Below, in pieces: positions 61,358 to 64,000 of a stretch of 64,000 nucleotides of DNA (its first letter is position 1; every line of letters begins with the position of its first letter). The stretch lies in NCBI GenBank assembly GCA_003153035.1, contig PMBT01000026.1, forward strand, positions 296 through 64,295. The letters run 5' to 3'. The position numbers were made by a program, and so were the translations under genes. The notes below the pieces were generated by a model. It saw only the letters and a program-made list of their open reading frames with translations, was not told where the DNA came from and ran no database searches. This stretch comes from Opitutia bacterium (GTDB lineage Bacteria; Verrucomicrobiota; Verrucomicrobiia; Opitutales; Opitutaceae).

Positions 61358-64000
61358 ATGGACCTTTCGCCACACGGATCGAATCACGGGGGCGCGCGGG
61401 TGCTTTTCGTCATCGCCGGGCTGATGCTGCCCGGGCTCCTTTGGTCACAATCCCGCCTGCTCGACGACTTTGAGACCCTGGCCGGATGGCAGGCCGTTCA
61501 TTCGGAGGGCGCCACGATGAACCTGGCCACCGCCGAGGGGAAAACCGGCAAAGCCATGGTCATGGAGTTCGATCTGAGCGGGGCGTACGGCTACGTCAGC
61601 GCGCGGAAGGATTTCCCGATCGATCTGCCCGAGAACTACCAGTTCACCTTTGATCTGCGGGCGGATGCCCCGGTTAATAACTTCGAGTTTAAGCTGATCG
61701 ACGCGCAGGAGAACACCTGGTTGGCCAGGAAACTGGATGTCACCTATCCGACGGAGTGGACCACGCAGCACATCCGCCGGCGCCAGGTGACCTTCGGATG
61801 GGGCCCGGCGGGAGGCGGCGAAATCCGGCACGTCAAGGCGCTCGTGTTCGTGGTGGCCTCCGGCACCGGGGGGAAGGGCAAGGTCTTCTTCGACAACCTC
61901 CGCATCGAAGCCGTCGATGAGCGCGCCAACCTCACCGCCCGCGCCCGGGTCGACGCTTCTTCGACGCAACCCGGGGGTGAACCGGCATGGGATGATAAGG
62001 AAGCGCGTCTGGTGCATTGGAGGAGCGCGGGAAACAACTCCCCGGAATGGCTCGCCGTCGACTTCGGCTACCAACGGGAGCTGGGCGGCCTGGTGATCGA
62101 CTGGCAGGGGGAGGATTATGCTTCGGCCTATGAAGTGCTCACGTCAGCCGATGGAAGGGACTGGCGGCCCTCCTCGTCGGTGACGCAGGGCAACGGCGGC
62201 CGCGATTACGTCTATCTGCCCGAACAGGAGGGCCGGTTTCTCAAGCTCGTGATGAAGAAAAGCGCGCACGGCCGGGGTTTCGCGATCGCCCAACTCGTGG
62301 TCAAAGGCCCCGAGTTCGGCGCCAGCGCCAACGGCTTTTTCAGCGCCGTGGCCCGCGACCAACGGCGCGGACTATATCCGAAATACCTGCGGCCGGAGCA
62401 GAGCTTCTGGACCGTTGTTGGCAGTCCCCGCGATGACCGCAAGGCGCTGATTAACGAGGAGGGCGCCATCGAGATCGATCAAACCCGCTTCACTATCGAA
62501 CCGTTTCTTTTCGTCGACGACCAGCTCGTGACCTGGAGCGATGTCACGCCGCGCCAATCCCTGGAGAAGGACTACCTCCCGATTCCGTCGGTCGAGTGGC
62601 AACACCGGAATCTCAAGCTGACTATCACCGCTTTCGCCGCAGGAGCCGCCGGACCGGACAGCCGGTTGCTCGCGACCTACCGGATCGAGAATTCAGGCGG
62701 GCCAGTCCGCGGAAAACTGTTCCTGGCGGTCCGTCCCTTTCAAGTAAATCCGCCCTGGCAGGGATTGCTGCACGCCGGTGGGTGGGCGCGCATCGATCAT
62801 GTGCAACTTGAAAACGGCGTGCTGACGGTTGACGACCGGAAGATTATCCCGATCGACGCCCCGTCGGGTTTTGGGGCGACGCCATTTGAGCACGGAGAGA
62901 TCACCGAATACTTGCAGCAGGGCCGGCTCCCAACCGGCAACCGGGTTCAGGACACCCAGGGATTTGGCTCCGGCGCGCTGGAGTACGACTTCGATCTCCC
63001 GGGCGCATCCTCTATCGAATACCACCTGGCGGTGCCCTTCCACAGCTGGAGCGGGAGCCCCACGCCGAATATGGACCGGACCGGCGCGGCGAATTACGCC
63101 AGCGGTGCCCATGCGGCGACCCGGCAGATGTGGGAGTCGATGCTCGACCGCTTTGACGTCCGGCTGCCCGCCTCCGCCCAGCCCATCATCAACACGATCA
63201 AATCGAATCTGGCGTACATCTTCATCAACCAAGTCGGGCCCCGCATTCAGCCGGGGGCGCGCAATTACAACCGGGCCTGGATTCGCGACGGCTCGCTGAC
63301 CTCCACCGCCCTGCTGGAGCTGGGCATCAAGGACGAGGTGAAGGCGTATGCCGACTGGTATTCCCAATTCCAATTCCCGAGCGGCAAGATTCCCTGTGTG
63401 GTCGATTCGCGCGGCGCCGATCCGACCGTGGAAAATGACAGCCACGGAGAGATGATCTATCTGATCATGCAGGTTTTCCGTTTCACGCATGACCGGACCT
63501 GGCTGCGTTCCAAGTGGGATCTGGTGGTGAAGACGGTGCGCTACATCCAGGGCCTTCGCGCCGAGCGGAAAACCGCGGTCTACCAGACGGGAACCCCGCA
63601 GCAGCGGGCCTGCTACGGGCTGGTCCCCGAGTCCATCAGCCATGAGGGATACTCGGCCCAGCCGATGCACTCCTACTGGGATGATTTCTTCATTCTCCGC
63701 GGGTTGAAGGATGCGACCGCCATGGCCGGCATCCTCGGCGAAACGGAAAAGCAGGCCGAGTTTGCCGCCGAGCGTGACGATTTCACAAAGGATCTCTACG
63801 CCTCGATGCGCCGGGCGATGGCGAACCGGCACATTGACTACATTCCCGGTTGCGTGGAACTGGGGGATCTTGACGTGGCCTCGACGACGATCGGCATCAC
63901 GCCGGTGAACGAGCTGGGAAACCTCCCGGAGCCTGAGCTCCACCACACCTTCGACCGGTATTTCGACTACTTCACGAAGCGCCAGCACAACACCATCGAT
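61358..64000 (+). CDS. Secreted multidomain protein: N-terminal beta-sandwich, F5/8 type C (discoidin)-like module and (alpha/alpha)6-barrel-like region; partial, runs off window end
   Basis: My own translation from ATG 61358 is open for 881 codons to the window end. It starts MDLSPHGSNHGGARVLFVIAGLMLPGLLWSQS (signal). The discoidin-like block is EWLAVDFGYQRELGGLVIDWQGEDYASAYEVLTSADGRDWRP...FLKLVMKK. The later motif ARNYNRAWIRDGSLTSTALLELG recalls the W-x-RD motif of GH15-like barrels. It is absent from the ORF track because it has no stop. The long antisense ORF 62693-63988 is a shadow of it. Confidence 0.8.
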   Translation, partial: MDLSPHGSNHGGARVLFVIAGLMLPGLLWSQSRLLDDFETLAGWQAVHSEGATMNLATAEGKTGKAMVMEFDLSGAYGYVSARKDFPIDLPENYQFTFDLRADAPVNNFEFKLIDAQENTWLARKLDVTYPTEWTTQHIRRRQVTFGWGPAGGGEIRHVKALVFVVASGTGGKGKVFFDNLRIEAVDERANLTARARVDASSTQPGGEPAWDDKEARLVHWRSAGNNSPEWLAVDFGYQRELGGLVIDWQGEDYASAYEVLTSADGRDWRPSSSVTQGNGGRDYVYLPEQEGRFLKLVMKKSAHGRGFAIAQLVVKGPEFGASANGFFSAVARDQRRGLYPKYLRPEQSFWTVVGSPRDDRKALINEEGAIEIDQTRFTIEPFLFVDDQLVTWSDVTPRQSLEKDYLPIPSVEWQHRNLKLTITAFAAGAAGPDSRLLATYRIENSGGPVRGKLFLAVRPFQVNPPWQGLLHAGGWARIDHVQLENGVLTVDDRKIIPIDAPSGFGATPFEHGEITEYLQQGRLPTGNRVQDTQGFGSGALEYDFDLPGASSIEYHLAVPFHSWSGSPTPNMDRTGAANYASGAHAATRQMWESMLDRFDVRLPASAQPIINTIKSNLAYIFINQVGPRIQPGARNYNRAWIRDGSLTSTALLELGIKDEVKAYADWYSQFQFPSGKIPCVVDSRGADPTVENDSHGEMIYLIMQVFRFTHDRTWLRSKWDLVVKTVRYIQGLRAERKTAVYQTGTPQQRACYGLVPESISHEGYSAQPMHSYWDDFFILRGLKDATAMAGILGETEKQAEFAAERDDFTKDLYASMRRAMANRHIDYIPGCVELGDLDVASTTIGITPVNELGNLPEPELHHTFDRYFDYFTKRQHNTID

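Noticed and set aside
62693-63988. 431-aa minus-strand ORF near the window end
   Set aside because: It is antisense to the open plus-strand frame (61358 onward), which has a signal peptide and coherent domain motifs. Its composition is typical of a shadow frame.
1-64000. Search for rRNA, tRNA, tmRNA, RNase P, transposase, integrase or prophage genes
   Set aside because: None of the intergenic regions shows a cloverleaf or conserved RNA motifs that I can recognise. No ORF has transposase, integrase or phage hallmark motifs. A proper tRNAscan-SE/Infernal run is still needed to exclude small RNAs.

Overview
High-GC (roughly 65%) chromosomal segment. It probably comes from a glycan-degrading soil or freshwater bacterium of the Verrucomicrobiota/Opitutales type. 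That taxonomic guess is inference only, based on an ADOP-type duplicated permease, a CRTAC1/ASPIC-UnbV protein, the density of glycoside hydrolase (GH) genes and TonB-dependent import without SusD. I support 37 protein-coding genes and found no rRNA, tRNA, CRISPR array, transposase or integrase.

Gene content, in order:
- ArsR-linked operon on the minus strand: DUF2892, a small CxxGxC membrane protein, an outer-membrane factor, a membrane fusion protein and an RND pump (1-4318).
- korAB 2-oxoacid:ferredoxin oxidoreductase.
- GH31 with two CBM6-like modules.
- Orphan ADOP permease, POT peptide transporter and a PAS-rich hybrid histidine kinase.
- AraC-divergent cluster: polytopic membrane protein, DUF418 and GH2.
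- Exported C-N hydrolase and GH28.
- A lower-GC islet with a PIN/NYN-like protein.
- HGSNAT-like acyltransferase plus GH127.
- Sugar transporter and ribokinase, then an SDR epimerase and a Gfo/Idh/MocA oxidoreductase.

Most notable is a roughly 25 kb LacI-associated locus (38757-64000). It holds two GH144-type proteins, a TonB-dependent receptor, a GH94-type phosphorylase, GH3, a GPH/MFS symporter and three large secreted proteins of unknown role. I interpret it as a candidate beta-1,2-glucan/sophoro-oligosaccharide utilisation system.

The intergenic space is rich in structured repeats. There is a 3-copy double-hairpin composite element, a 3-copy REP-doublet family and several single palindromic elements. 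A conserved TGCAAAC-N-TTTGCA operator-like motif flanks the LacI gene.

All family calls come from motif recognition in the translated sequence. No database search was run.
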